Assembly (NCBI RefSeq): GCF_009914755.1
Contig: NC_060947.1
DNA: 64,000 bases
Strand: one strand, 5' to 3'
Source: the human T2T-CHM13v2.0 reference genome, Homo sapiens
Shown: piece after piece, positions 44,761-61,118 of the stretch
Layout: each line of letters begins with the position of its first letter
How positions within the stretch are numbered: the first letter of the stretch is position 1
Program-made: the position numbers and the translations under genes
Notes under the pieces: generated by a model
The model's database searches: none
Told to the model about the DNA's origin: nothing
What the model saw: only the letters and a program-made list of their open reading frames with translations

Positions 44761-44888
44761 TCAAGATTTTCAAGATAGTAGTTACTGCTGGAGTGGGATG
44801 CATGAGTACCCTAAAACCATTGGTAACATATTGTTTCTTGGATTGAGTGGTGGACACAGATATTTGTTTTATTAATTTGTATACCTTA

Positions 44889-47180
44889 TGTATTAGTTTG
44901 TTCTCATGCTGCTGATGAAGACATACCTGAGACTGGGCAATTTATAAAAGAAAGAGGTTTAATGGACTTACGGTTCCATGTGGCTGGGGAGGCCTAGTAA
45001 TCATGGTGGAAGGCAAGCAGGAGCAAGTCACGTCTTACATCAATGGTGGCAGGCAAAGGGAGAGCTTGTGCAGGAAATCTCCCCCTTATAAAACCATCAG
45101 ATCTCGTGAGACTTATTCACTACCACAAGAACAGCATGGGAAAGACCTGCCCCCATGATTCAGTTACCTCCCACCAGTTCCATCCCACAACATGTAGGAA
45201 TTCAGATTGAGATTTGGGTCAGGATACAGCCAAACCATATCATTCTGCCCCTGGCCTCTCCCAAATCTCATGTCCTCACATTTCAAAACCAATCATGCCT
45301 TCCCAACAGTACCCCAAACTCTTAACTCATTTCAGAATAAACTCAAAAGTCCACAGTCCAAAGTCTCATCTGAGACAAGGCAAATCCCTTCTGCCTACGA
45401 GCCTGTAAAATCAAAAGCAAGTTAGTTACTTCCTAGATACAATGGGGGTACAGGCATTGGATAAATACAGCCATTCCAAGTGGGAGAAATTGACCAAAAT
45501 AAAGGGGCTACAGGCCCCATGCAAGTCTGAAATCCAGTGAGGCAGTCAAATCTTAAAGCTCCAAAATGATCTTCTTTGACTCCATGTCTCACATCTAGGT
45601 CACGCTGATGCTAGAGGTAGGTTCCCATGGTCTTGGGCAGCTCCACCTCTGTGGCTTTGCAGGGTACGCCCTCCCTCCTGGCTGATTTCATGGGCTGGCA
45701 TTGAGTGTCTGTGGCTTTTCCAGGCACATGGTGCAAGCTGGCAGTGGATCTACCATCCTGGAGTCTGGAGGACAGTAGCCCTCATCTTACAGCTCCACTT
45801 GGCAGTGCCCCAGTAGGGACTCTGTGTGGGGGCTCTGGCCCCACATTTTCCTTCTGCACTGCCCTGGCAGAAGTTCTCCATGAGGGTCCTGCCCCTGCAG
45901 CAAACTTCTGCCTGGACATCCAGGCATTTCCATACATCCTCTAAAATCTAGGTGGAGGTTCCCAAACCCCAATTCTTGACTTCTGTGCACTCACAGGCTC
46001 AACACCATGTGGAAGCTGCCAAGGCTTGGGGCTTCCACCCTCTGAAGCCACAGCCCAAGCTCTACATTAGCTCCTTTCAGCCATGGCTGGACTGGCTGGG
46101 ATGCAGGGCACCAAGTCTTTAGGCTACACACAGCAGGGAGTGCTGGGCTGGGCCCATGAAACCACTTTTCCTCATAGGCCTCCAGGCCTGTGATGGGAGG
46201 GGCTGTCATGAAGACCTCTGACATGCCCTGGAGACATTTTTCCATTGTCTTGGGGATTAACATTCAGCTCCTCGTTATTTATGCAAATTTCTGCAGCCAG
46301 CTTGAATCTCTCCTCAGAAAATGGGATTTTCTTTTCTATAGCATTGACAGGCTGCAAATTTTCTGAACTTTTATGCTTTGCTTCTCTTATAAAACTGAAT
46401 GCCTTTAACAGCATCCAAGTCACCTCTTGAATGCTTTGCTGCTTGGAAATTTCTTCCACCAGATACCCTAAATCATCTCTCTCAAGTCCACAGTTCCACA
46501 AATCTCTAGGGCAGGAGCAAAATGCCAGCAGTCTCTTTGCTAAAACATAACAAGAGTCACCTTTGCTCCAGTTCCCAACACATTCCTCATTTTCATCTGA
46601 GACCACTTCAGCCTGGACTTTATTGTCCATATCACTGTTATCACTGTTAGCATTTTGGGCAAAGCCATTCAACAAGTCTCTAGGAAGTTCCAAAGTTTTC
46701 CACATTTTCCTGTCTTCTTCTGAGCCCTCCAAACTGTTCCAACCCCTGCCTGTTACCCAGTTCCAAAGTCATTTCCACATTTTCAGATATCTACAGCAGT
46801 GCCTTACTCTACTGCTACCAATTTACTATATTAGTCTGTTCTCATGCTGCTGATAAAGACATACCCGAGACTGGGCAATTTAAAAAAGAAAGAGGTTTAA
46901 TGGACTTACAGTTCCACGTGGCTGGGGAGGCCTCACAGTCATGGCAGAAGGCAAGGAGGAGCAAATCACATCTTATATGGATGGCAGCAGGCAAAGAGAG
47001 AGCTTGTGCAGGGAATTTCCCCCTGATAAAACCATCAGATCTCATGAGACTTATTCACTACCATGAGAACAGCACAGGAAAGACCTGCCTCCATGGTTCA
47101 ATTACCTCCCGCCAGGTCCCTCCCACAACACGTGAGAATTCAAGTTGAGATTTGGATGGGGACACAGCCAAACCATATCA
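44889..47180 (-). mobile_element. Full THE1B-type MaLR provirus (LTR 44889-45242, internal region, LTR 46827-47180)
   Basis: Two ~354-bp LTRs; internal 186-aa ORF remnant 46172-46732; 5-bp TSD cctta at 44884-44888 and 47181-47185. Confidence 0.93.
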
Positions 47181-47207
47181 CCTTATATGTGTAATATAAT
47201 CTTTTAA

Positions 47208-47870
<663 letters not shown>

Positions 47871-49075
47871 TAAATATTATCTTTAATTCAGTTTTGTTCA
47901 CTATTTACTGGCTGTTGATGTACCCTTGTAAATTACTCTGATTTACTGCATAACAAAGTGAGCTTTTTTATTTAGTCATTCTAACATAAAATTTTTTATC
48001 ATGCTGTGCTTTTTCACAAATATGTAATTGATAAATGCAAGTTGTATATATTCAAAGTGTGTTTTACTTTTCTTTAATGGATGGTAAAGACAGTAAAAGC
48101 TAAGAGAGAGATTAGCATTGGCAGGATTTCCATAGCAGAGCCCTTCAGGAGGAAGTGAGACTTTTGTTGGGTCTTCAAAGGGAGAAGTCACATAATCTTT
48201 GAAAGTGGAAATGGACGTTAGAGTTCATCTGCCCCACCTCTTCCTTTAGCAGATGAAGAAATAGAAATCTAGGGAAGTACCGTTTTCAAAAAAGGCTTTA
48301 ATAAAGTTTCAACATTATCAGACCAACCGCAAGGTAATTGTAAGAGGAGAACCCCATGGCCCTACAATTGCAGGTTGTTTCTTTTTCTAGGTCTTTGCCT
48401 CTCTGCTCAGTGTATGCTCCCAGTACTATTCAAAGGGCCCTGAGTGGGTGGTTCAGATGCTGTTAGTCACTGACAGGGATGAGCGGACAGGAACCTCAGA
48501 TCTCTCCTCTTCCCCTCTTGACCCCAGCAGGTGTTGCCTGTAGCCTATTAGATTACATCTGGGGCAGTGCGGTGCCAGCTGATGTACTGTCTGTTGTGGT
48601 TTATGCCTGGGGCTATGGTCCACCATATCCAAAGAGTACCAAGTGCTTAGAAATGGTACATACTATTCACTTCATCCTTAAAGAGCTGCTTCTCTTTATC
48701 ATACAATTCGCATTTAGGAGGCAATTTGTTTGATAATAATAATAATACTAGTAAGTAACTCTCTTACTAGTCTTAACAGTGACTAGTAAGAGAATTATAA
48801 TTCCCTCTCCCACCCCCAATCCCCACCATTTGTTAAAAAATAAAAGATGAAAGGGAGACTCAGATAAGTTAGCTTGCCCAAGGTCACGTCTTCCAAAATG
48901 GCAGAGTCAGGTTCTACCTCAGACACCTGGCTCCAAAATATGTGCTGTTTTCACTATAACTCACTAACTGTGAACTGTTATCTTTGTCATTTTGTTTAAT
49001 CCTGTTTTCCTCTGTCATGAATTGGCAATTAATTTATAGTAATTTTTTTATGGTATTAGCAGTTCACTGAAAATA

Positions 49076-49512
<437 letters not shown>

Positions 49513-49614
49513 AAACCAAAAATCTTTGAAAAAATATTATTTCTAGTGAGGTTATCCCCCTCATAAGGTAGAGAAACACATGGAATAGGTTGGTTACTGA
49601 GTGAAGACCTTAAA

Positions 49615-49850
49615 TAAGTCTTCTCAAGTCTTAACGAGGGTTAAGGATTTGCCCCCTCCACCCACCAAGGGAATTTGGCAATGTGTGAAGATGTTTTTGG
49701 CATCCTGACTGGAGAGGGGTGGTGCTACTGGCATCTAATGGGTAGAGGCCAGGGATGCTGCCAAACATCCTACAATGCACAGGACAACTCCACAACAAAG
49801 AATGATCTGATCCAAAATGACAATCGTACCAAAGTTAAGTGACCTTGCCT
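49615..49850 (+). mobile_element. MER20
   Basis: tgctactggcatctaatgggtagaggccagggatgctgccaaacatcctacaatgcacaggaca. Confidence 0.85.
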
Positions 49851-50300
49851 TAAAATTTTCGCTGGTCAACCAGTAAAGAGAATTCTAACTTAAATTTTCC
49901 TTAAAAATCACTTAGTATAAAAAAAGTCACTTATTTATACTAACATAGTATACATCCAGAAGTACTATATATATAACATTAAATATATAATATTAAATAT
50001 ACATATACATATTTAATCCCTTTGAGGCTAGCAATACATTTCCATATAAAGATTTGTCTTTTTCTATTTCCCAGTAATATAATGCTAAAGCTGTTTATTT
50101 ATCTGGACTAGTTAATTCACAATTATGGATGCTGGTAGCAGCAAAAGTTGACTCAATTTTTAAAAAATACCTTAGCATTTATGACCATAGACTATTGATT
50201 TCAGATTTGAGTCTTTACTTGTCTTTAATTATGTTCATTGAATAATGTTCTTGTACTAAGGGCAGGCTTAGAAATAGTGGTCTTGGGAAGCAACCTAGAT

Positions 50301-50366
50301 ATCAGGTTGAGCCATATGGTGGTCAAAACTGGTTGAATACTGGCAATTTAATGTGGTTTGACCTGA
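50301..50366. mobile_element. MADE2 mariner-derived MITE
   Basis: caggttgagccatat...ggcaatttaatgtggtttgacctg has MADE2-like inverted ends. Confidence 0.65.
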
Positions 50367-52299
50367 TGTATGCTGTGCAGTTAGATGGCACAAAATGAAA
50401 ATGAGCTTTAATCCAATCCATGCTTCGAATCACAGTTAGAGCCTTCGTTGGTCCCCAGAGCTGCTGTAGCTTTTGGTCCTGGGTTAGAACTTTTGCTGAG
50501 CAGTTGGAGAGGCCGTTTTAATTTTTTGTTTTAATTATTAATGGAATTTGGGAAACTGTCTTTCAGCTCTTTGCAGCGCCAGCCTTTTTCTCCTTTATCT
50601 GCATCCACGCATTTCACTGAAGTTGGTCATATAGAACTTGGGCCCCCAGGTGCACAAAATGTGCCCAAGCCTTTAATAGCAAGTAAGTCAACCAGTAAAG
50701 AGAATTTTAACTTCAATTTGTGGCCTTTAAAAAGTTGTATCCAGATTTATCTCAGGGTCCTGAAGTAAGAAAAGGAATAGTATATTATAAATGTATTTCT
50801 TTTAAGGAGCCCCTAGAGGTAGGGGACACAAGAGAAATGCCAACTGCCCCTTGTTCAACACTCTTGAAGATAAATATTTGCTACATTTTAGTGTAATAGA
50901 TTTATAAAAAGAAACTTCTGTTTTTTTTAAAAAAAAGACTAAAGACAACATATACTAAAATGATTTGAATTTTACAGATGATACCCTGCTAATATTTTTA
51001 GTTCAGCACCATCTGTTTATCTGAAATTAAATTTCTAGCAAATGGTCATGCCAGGAGATGCTGTTTTTATTTTTATGTGCAGCTGAAACAGAGAATAATA
51101 AAAATCTGCTTGAGTTGAAGAAATATGTTCATAAAATGTTTCTTTTTTAATCTGAGTTGGCTGAGAAAATGACTTTTTAATCTAGTGGCAGCTGCTTTCA
51201 TTTGGCTGGTTTTCAGTCTAAATAGTTTATGTTGGAGACAGATCATTTGTTTTATATTTGGATGTAGTATAATAAACAGTGTCTTTTGAGCTATGAGGAA
51301 GACCCAGATATCACAAATATCTTATTATCCCTATTAGCCTATCTTTCTAATTATTTCTTGTTTCTTTAACCAACACAAGTGGCATGCAATAGGTCTGTAA
51401 ATTGAAAGTACAAGTGGCAAATTGCATATCACCCGATTGCTGTGTTATTTTTATTCAACTCTAAGAAAGTTACATCTTGCACATTAATTGGTGTTTGTTT
51501 ACAGGAGGGAAAAACGATGCTTTTGAAAATATGACTCAGTGGAAACACTTCTCATCACACTGGCTTGCAAATAGAATCACTGCACTCCCTTTGGGTACTA
51601 CGGGTGATTCCACTGGGCGTGCGGAATTCTTCCCAACAGAGTGTTAATTAAAGAGAGCCACCTCTTGGCACCTCTCTCACTCCAGCTACACTTCACAATC
51701 CTCCAGGCACCTCTTTAATCAACAACATGTGTTGAATATCTACTTTTAGTGTGAGGCACTGCAGCTACCACCCTGATTTCAAAGGCAGTGGCAAGGACAG
51801 GTTTTATTGCATTACTTCAAAGTCAGGGCACCTAAACCTACATTAGAAATGCCATTAATACCTGTCATTGATGTGGAATAATGGAAACTTTCCAAGTAAA
51901 GCATGAATTTCATAGAAGAGGGAGATCTTGCCTTTGCACCCCAGCACTTTGCTCATAGGTCTCATTATGTTTATCTAATAAAACCACTTTTCTTACTGGA
52001 CAGTATTAAGTTAATTTTGTGTCCCGACTTCTCTTAATACTGACAAAAACCAATGTGTTATTTTGAAATGCAGAGGCTGGTCTTTGGTGATAAACTTTAC
52101 TCGAAAGTTTTTACTCAAAAAAGTGAAATACAGTTACTCAGGAGGCTGAGGCAGGAGGATTGCTGGAGCCTAGGGGTTTGAGGCTGCAGTGAGCAATGAC
52201 CATGCCACTGCATTCCAGACTCTGTCTCTAAAAAGAATGAAAATGTTAAAAAATAAAATTAATTTAGAAAATAAAATACATTTTTAAAAAAATAGGTGC

Positions 52300-52655
52300 T
52301 ACAGAGTGGGTGCCTTAAACAACAGAAATATTATTTCTCACAGTTCTGGAGGCTGGGATGTCCAAGATCAAGGCCCTTGCAGATTTGGTTGCTGGTGAGG
52401 GCTCCCTTCCTGGCTTACAGATGGCCACCTTCTCCCAGTGTCTTCACTTGGGTGGGGGTGGGGGTTGGAGGATAGGAATCTCATTCTCTTATTCTCTTCT
52501 TACAAGGTCACAATCTTATCTCATTAGGGCTCCACACTTATGACCTCATTTAACCTTAATTTCCTCTTTAAGTCCCTAACCCCAAATACAGTCACACTGG
52601 GGGGTTGAGGCTTCAGCATATAAATTTGGGGGGGACATGATTCTGTCCATGGCAA
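52300..52655 (-). mobile_element. MLT1B-type LTR
   Basis: ttaaacaacagaaatattatttctcacagttctggaggctggga...atgacctcatttaaccttaat. Confidence 0.85.
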
Positions 52656-52981
52656 TTGGACTGGCCTAAAAAAAAAGACTTTAATATTAAGATCCTTAAG
52701 TTATTATTTAAAAAAAAAACCCTGACTTAAAAAAATTGTTGTTAATAATTTAAAGTTTGAAAATACACTAATCTGTGGAGTGTTGAAAGTCAGGATAGTC
52801 ATTCTCCTGGGGAATAGTGACTGAAAACACGCACAAAAGGGGCTTCCGGGATGCTGTAGTGCTCCATTTCCTGTTTGAGTGCTGATTGAAAGAATATAAT
52901 TGGTTTGTGAGTATTCATTGAGCTGTTCATACATAATTTGCACACTTTCCTGTATGTGTGTTGTAGATCAATCAAAAGTTA

Positions 52982-53295
<314 letters not shown>

Positions 53296-54410
53296 AAATG
53301 AAGCATAAATAAACCTGAGCGACACATTTAATACCAGAGATAAACTACACAGTTGTCCCATTGTCTCAGCCTAGACGATAAACAAGCTGCTTCTCCTTTG
53401 TCCTTTCTACTTTAAAAAGTCACAAGAGGTTAAAATCTAATGAGTTGGAGTATATGAAGAAGATTAGCCTTCTAGTTGAGTATAATATTGTCTTCCCAAA
53501 GGTACGGGCAGAACCGCAGACACAGTTAACGTTTCTGCCTGACATTGCTTGATGCTGTTTTGCTCAGACTGGTAGCTTAGCAGCTGGAGGCTAAAAAGTC
53601 AAGTTTCCAGGGAGAGGAGGAAGGCTTTCTGGACAAAGGGCAAGTGGACTCCGGGCCAGGGGCATAGCCGGTGTCCTCTCAAGAGTGGTGGCAGTTTTAA
53701 ATGGGTTATAAACAAACACTGCCATGTTGTTCTGAGAGGTTCCAGCTGCCTTAGGCAGAGGCTTTGGATCTGTGCAAGCGCCAAAGCTGGCTTTCATAGG
53801 TGATGGGTGGAACTGAAGGATCACTTAAGACATTTGTGACCCTGAATATCCATGTCCCTTGAAGCTTTACACACACACATCCAAGGTAGAGTTGGTTTTC
53901 CCAAAGACAATTGCTGCTAAGGAGTTTGAACTGTGTAACAGTTTAGACCAGCCAGTGGCTTTGTAGAGACCTTTGAGAGTTACAATTAGGTTGCTGCTCA
54001 GATTGCATAATGCCAGGACTGTGCTCCATTGTTCCCAGCTCTTGCATTCAGTATTTTATTGTTTCACATTGTGCTTTAACTTGCTACAGAACATTAACAG
54101 CAGTAGCCAGTAGTTGAATGTTTTCCAAACCTTTCAAATTTGTAGAGCTGACTGTGCCACACTGGCTAATGAAAATTTCATGGTTCCAGGAGTGCTGGCT
54201 TTATCAACAATTATCTTGGTGATCTTGTATGGTCTATCATGTGTAAAACAGCATTATGTGCTTTTGCTTAACTTTTATAATTGTTGCTAAACAATTGTTT
54301 AAAATTACTGCATAAATGCTTTTAAAATAAATTTTGAAGCTCTTTGACATCAGTGCCCTCTGCCTGGTGGAAAGTAATGATTTTTAACGTTCTGATTTGG
54401 TGTTTGTTGG

Positions 54411-54411
<1 letters not shown>

Positions 54412-54446
<35 letters not shown>
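54412..54446. repeat. (TG)n microsatellite
   Basis: TG run. Confidence 0.9.
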
Positions 54447-54504
54447 TTACTGGGAACAGGCTCTATCTGTTGGTGCTTTACTAAATTAATGGATTCTAGA
54501 CATT

Positions 54505-55073
54505 AAAGCAAACCAAAAATATTTCACCTGCAAATATACTTTTCTGACATATTTCGAGATGGGTATTCAGAGGGCCTGCAGACAGGAATAGCCCAGCAAA
54601 ACTGCCTTTTGTGGAGGAGATTTGCATCTGCAGAGAAAATCTGCATAGGTGAAATAAACAGCCAGGCTTTCTCTGAGGCTCCTCCCTTGTCTACATCTAG
54701 GAAAGATTGACTGAGAGCCTGACGCCTTTAAAGGTCTGACAGAAACATTCACCACAGGCTACCATCTATTCTTTCTGAGGGCTGCTCCCTGGGAAGTTTC
54801 ATCTACATAAAAAGATGGCCTTTGCTCCATGCCTTTCTTCCTCTTCTCTACCTCCCATGACTTGCATGCTCTAAACCCCTATTCTTTCTGTAACCTTAAG
54901 ACGGTACAAAAGCATCAACCATCTGGCCATTTTTTTGCATTTTCATATTTTGTGTGACTCCCAGCATGTAATAAATATTTATGGCATTTTTTTCTGTTAA
55001 TCTTTGTATCATCAATTTGTTTTATAGGCTCAAATGAGTGAACCTTCAGGGGAAAAATGTAAACTTTTCTACA
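54505..55073 (+). mobile_element. MER34-group ERV1 LTR
   Basis: aaatatacttttctgacatatttcgagatgg...gagatttgcatctgcagagaaaatctgcat...aaccttcagggg...tctaca. Confidence 0.75.
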
Positions 55074-55559
55074 GCATTCATGATCACTTTAGGCTGTAGG
55101 TGTTGGTAAGTTTCTAAGCATTTGGGGATGTAGCTCTCTTTGCTTCACCATTAACCATCCTTTGACATTCAAAATGTCGTTGGACCACCAGCATGGCATT
55201 ACTCAGGAGCTTATTAGAAATGCCGTCTCAGAGGCTCACCTTAAATATGGTATATAGTGGCAGAATCTGCATTTCAGCAAGATCTCCATGTGATTCCTAT
55301 GCACATGCAAGTGAATCAGCAAGTAGGCCATGGAAGGAATTAAGAGATCTCTTTTCTCAAAACATCTCCCACTGAGCCAGGATTGTCATTATTTAGAATG
55401 AATTTCTCTAGTTTATGCCCCTTTTTATGAAATATCCCTGGTCTGCATACATAACTCAGCAAGTCATTTTCAGTTCAAAGCCTTCATGTGATCCATCCAC
55501 TTGAGACAAATGGCAAAGAGCAGGTTGATTGGAAGGTGAGGGTTGGGGGAGGGAAGTAG

Positions 55560-55990
<431 letters not shown>

Positions 55991-56094
55991 TCAATAATGC
56001 TCACAATAATGGTAAATAACTGTTGGTTCGGGGGTTCCTAAACTTGTTTCACAATCAGAATCACCTGGGTGGTAGAAGGGGACTTCTGTTTTTA

Positions 56095-56491
<397 letters not shown>

Positions 56492-58489
56492 TAGTGCCTC
56501 AGGTATTAAAATTTATGCAGGACCAAGCAGAAGGTGAGCCTGGATCCTGTGGCTGATGATCCAAAAATATTATATCCAGGGCTCACAATAAGCCTAAAAT
56601 ATATTATGACATTTTCCTAACTGCATTTTATAATGGAGAAGTTGGGTTGCTTGCCCAGTGTCACACAGGCAGCGGGCAACAGATGGAGGATTCCATCGTA
56701 GATCTGTCTGACTCCAAAGTCTTTGTTCTGTCTATTCTTATACCACTTTCCATAAAGCCACTAGGGCTGAAGTGCTATCTTACTCAGGGCACATTCTGGT
56801 TGCCTCATCTCCCTTCTGTGGGGGTGATGGTTTCTGCAGAAGTTCCCTAATCTGACCTCAAATTATGACATCAGTATCTAGGCTTGAGTAGAATTGTGCA
56901 AGGAGACCAGACTGGTGAATTAACAAGGATGGTCCCCTCCTTCTTCCCCTTCTGTTGTGGTTAATAACTAGTAACTCAGACCCTATGATACTGATCCCCA
57001 TAGGGATGAGAAACAGGGCTCTCTTGGGTAATTGAAAATTTCTGGTTGCCTGGGTATTGAGGCAGTTTCCAAAAGTGATGGAAGCAAGCACATATTGCTC
57101 CTGCCCTCTGAGACCTTATTTTGTTCCAATAAATCCCTAGAAAGAAAATACAGCAATTTAGTACAGCAATGTTAAATAGTGATAGTAGAGGGAACAGGGC
57201 ACCATCTGGGACATTTGAATAATTGTCAAGGTTGGCTTTTCTTTAAATGCTGCTTATTGCTCAGTCCACCCATATTAAATCACTAGAGCTACAAGTCATC
57301 TGGTGGTGATGTTTTGGCATTACAAGATTGCGCTTGCATATTAAATTCCTCAACTTAGGCTCAGTTTGGGAATTCAAAATGCAGCATTTGATCCTCATCT
57401 GTATTTAATCTTCTGTTGTTGGTTACAGCTCCTTTTACAGGTTTATTTAAAAAACTTTTGATTCTGATACGGTCATGTTGAATAGTGGTTTCCCATGCAG
57501 GGTGTGCAAACCACCCAAAAATTATCTTTTTCATGGCAACATTAAAAAATTTTAATTTATGTGTATGTTATAATGTATATAATATTGGACTATAGTGGTA
57601 GAATATGTATATAATTTGTAAATAAATACAGATAAACATGGGGGGATACATGATTCAAAAGTTTTCTCCCTTTGAAATGTTGGCTCAAAGTTTACAAACT
57701 TTTCATCCAATATATTACCTCTTCCTAGCAGCATCATGTTATCTTCTCATTTAATAAGAGAGCCTTCATCTTTGTCAATTCATGTTTACTGAACTATGTA
57801 GGATTATGTGAATGTTCCAGCATATATAAGAGGATAAGACATTTGCTGTTCTTAGGACGTTTAACTATCTGGAATGGAGATGATGATAATAGTGGTAATT
57901 TTGGAGGAGGTGACAATGTTAATGGTGGTGATGATGCTGATGTTGCTGGTGATGATGATGGCCAAGAAAGAGATAAAGAAGAAAGTCTTATTTATGGTTG
58001 AGATTAAAGCAAAATGGGAATTGAAGGCTTCTCCTCCCTGCGATCTGGTAATGCAACATCTTTACCTAGCAGTGATGCTCTTCCCTGCTTGTTCATCTTC
58101 CTTCCAATATAGCTTAAAAATACTTTTTAGTCATCCTCAGCATGTACTATAAATCTCAGCTTCCTAGGATTTGAGCCTTGTGCAGGAGGTTTTTTCTAAG
58201 CCCCTTCCACTCTTCTGTATGTATTTTGGTCCTCAGTGCTCCACAAGCTGTGAAAGCTGTGAGTCATGATTCCCATATGGTGGGATTCCCTCCCCTCCCC
58301 TCCATCCACATGCTTGCCCTGCCATCTGCTGCCACTCTCAAGGTTATAGAGCAAGAGATAATGCAGGGAAGGGAAAGGAAAACACCAGGAAAACCAACAC
58401 TGTTTTATAAGTAAAATAGAAAAAAAAAGATGTATTTTTCTTACTACGAAAACAACTGTATTCACTACAGAGAAATAAAAAACGGAAGC

Positions 58490-58566
58490 ACAAAACCAAA
58501 CCAAACCAAACCAAACCAAACCTAACCAAACCCAACCCAACCAACCCAACCCAATCCAAACAAAAC
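58490..58566. repeat. (CCAAA)n/(CCAAC)n simple repeat
   Basis: Visible directly. Confidence 0.9.
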
Positions 58567-58758
58567 AGTCTCCCTCTGAGCATCATTCATCACTTTAACC
58601 ATCTCCATGTATGTTTTTCCAAATCTGTATTCTGTATCTATCTATGAAGCCAGCTATCAAATAAAATAAGATCATTACCACATATTTTTGTGACCTGTTT
58701 CTTGTTTAACTGAATCATGAACATCTTTTCATGTCAGTAAATGTACCCCTAAACTACC

Positions 58759-58997
58759 TTTTTTTTTTTTTTTAAGACAGAGTCTCACTCTGTCGTCCAG
58801 GCTGGAGTACAGTGGTGCAATCACAGCTCACTTCAGCTTTGACCCCCCGGGCTTAAGCAATCCTCCCACCTCAGCCTCCTGGATAGCTGAGTAGCTGGGA
58901 CTACAGGCATGTGCCTCCATGCCTGGGCTCAAGCGATCCACCCACCTCAGCCTCTCAAATTTCTGGGATTACAGGTGTGAGCCACCATGCTCGGCCC
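58759..58997 (-). mobile_element. AluJ with an internal deletion, within old L1M sequence
   Basis: Antisense Alu lacking its central linker region. Confidence 0.88.
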
Positions 58998-59224
58998 ACA
59001 CTAGCATTTTAATATTTAATGAATATTTTCTATGCAAAGCATTATTCCAATTGCTGCAGTTTATACAGAAAAATAGGTAAGATAGTCTCTGCCCTCATGT
59101 GGGTATGGCATCATTTTTTTCTCCCTATCTAACATTTAGGTTATTTCCATATATTTGCTTTTACAAATAATGCTGTGATGAATATCCTTGTAGCTAAGTC
59201 CATGCATATGCTCATAATTTTAGA

Positions 59225-59625
59225 ATGATTGTGCTGGCTACTCTCTGTTTGCCCCTCTGGTCTACTCTTCATTCTTGTCTGCCTTGCTCCATGGACCACA
59301 TCAGGGCTCATTTGCCCTCTGGCAATGTGCAGCTCATGCAGGGCTTTGGGGAGGGCGGTAGAGAAGGGTGGGTGATATATTGTGACTCCTATCCTGCCTC
59401 CCTGTAGGCTGTCATTAGCTGCATTCTTGTATTGATGGTTGTGGTGCCTGGGTAGCCCTCTCCCAGAGCTTAGTTCTCAGGATGTTGCAAACCCCAAGGT
59501 AATGCACCATTCCTTGTTAGTTTCCTTTAACCTTGCCCTTGCCTTTATAGAGAGTTCTTTATTAAACCTTTCTCACTTACCCCATGTGAGTTTGCCATCT
59601 GTTTCCTGGCAGGACCCTGGATGAT
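59225..59625 (+). mobile_element. Ancient MLT1 (K/L/N-like) LTR
   Basis: 3' end ttattaaacc...ttaccccatgtgagtttgccatctgtttcctggcaggaccctg. Confidence 0.65.
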
Positions 59626-60007
59626 AAATGCATGCTCCTATTCCTAGCATATTCTGCATCCCTAATTGCTCACCTGCATTGGGAACTTGGGATGGATTGT
59701 GTAGGAAGGTCAAGAGCTCCCTTTTTGTTGACTGAAGGACTGGATACCCGTGATCATTGAGCAGCCATCTTCCATTTCTTTCTCCTGGACCCCTCCAGGC
59801 TCTGATGGGGATTTCTCAACCTATGCCTGTGGCACTCTGCTGGGGCCCAGAGGAAAGAATCAAGAGAGCCCTTAGTCCTCCTGCTCAGAGCTTTGACCTC
59901 AAGTATGTGAGAATTTCACCTTGTTCAGGATGCTCGAAACCTTCCCTAGAGTCCAAGTGAGGTGGGGAAGGTTGTTGTGGTCATTTCTTATCCTTTTAAA
60001 CACCTGA

Positions 60008-60419
<412 letters not shown>

Positions 60420-60720
60420 TAGAGTCCCCTGATACTATTTCTTCTGTGATTCTATCTTTTCTGTGCATCAGTAGAAATGTGTTTTCCTAAAGTCTACAAC
60501 CAGTTTTACCTTCCTTGCCTTTGGATTTTCAGATAACACAATCAATCCCTTTATTCAAAGGTTCTTCACACTTCTGTTTAATCAATTGTTCTTGACTGTT
60601 CAGAATGAAGTGTCTGTCGCATTTCTTTTGTTACCTTCTGTTCAATGAAATTGTTAGCAAGCCTAGTCAAAAATGATCAAATACTCTTCTTTTTGGTGGC
60701 AAATGAGAGTTTTCCATGGA

Positions 60721-60923
60721 GGAGCTTTGGAGGAGGGTTGTAGACAAGGGTGGGTGATATATTGTGACCCCTACCCTGCCTCCCTGTAGGCTGTCATTAG
60801 TGCATTCTTGTATTGACGGTTGTGGTGCCTGGGTAGCCCTCTCCCAGAGCTTAGTTCTCAGGAAGTTGCTAACGCCAAGGTAATGCACCATTCCTTGTTA
60901 GTTTCCTTTAATCTTGCCCTTGC
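60721..60923 (+). repeat. ~200-bp direct duplicate of 59341-59542
   Basis: Near-identical sequence; ORFs 59439 and 60820 both read MWCLGSPLPELSSQ(D/E)VAN(P/A)KVMHHSLLVSFNLALA. Confidence 0.95.
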
Positions 60924-61069
60924 ATACCCTGCATATTTGGGGTCCCCATCATATTGCCCCGGACCCCGCTCCTTAATAAATTACTGCCTTTGGGAATTCC
61001 AGTTCCCAGAGGTGGGCACTAGGAGAAAGTTGGTTTCAGAGTCAGAAAGATCTGGAGTTTAATCTAATC

Positions 61070-61105
<36 letters not shown>

Positions 61106-61118
61106 TTATTATTTACTT

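Noticed and set aside
57874-58152. Hydrophobic Met/Val-rich ORF resembling a membrane protein
   Set aside because: It arises from a (GAT/GGT)n low-complexity tract.
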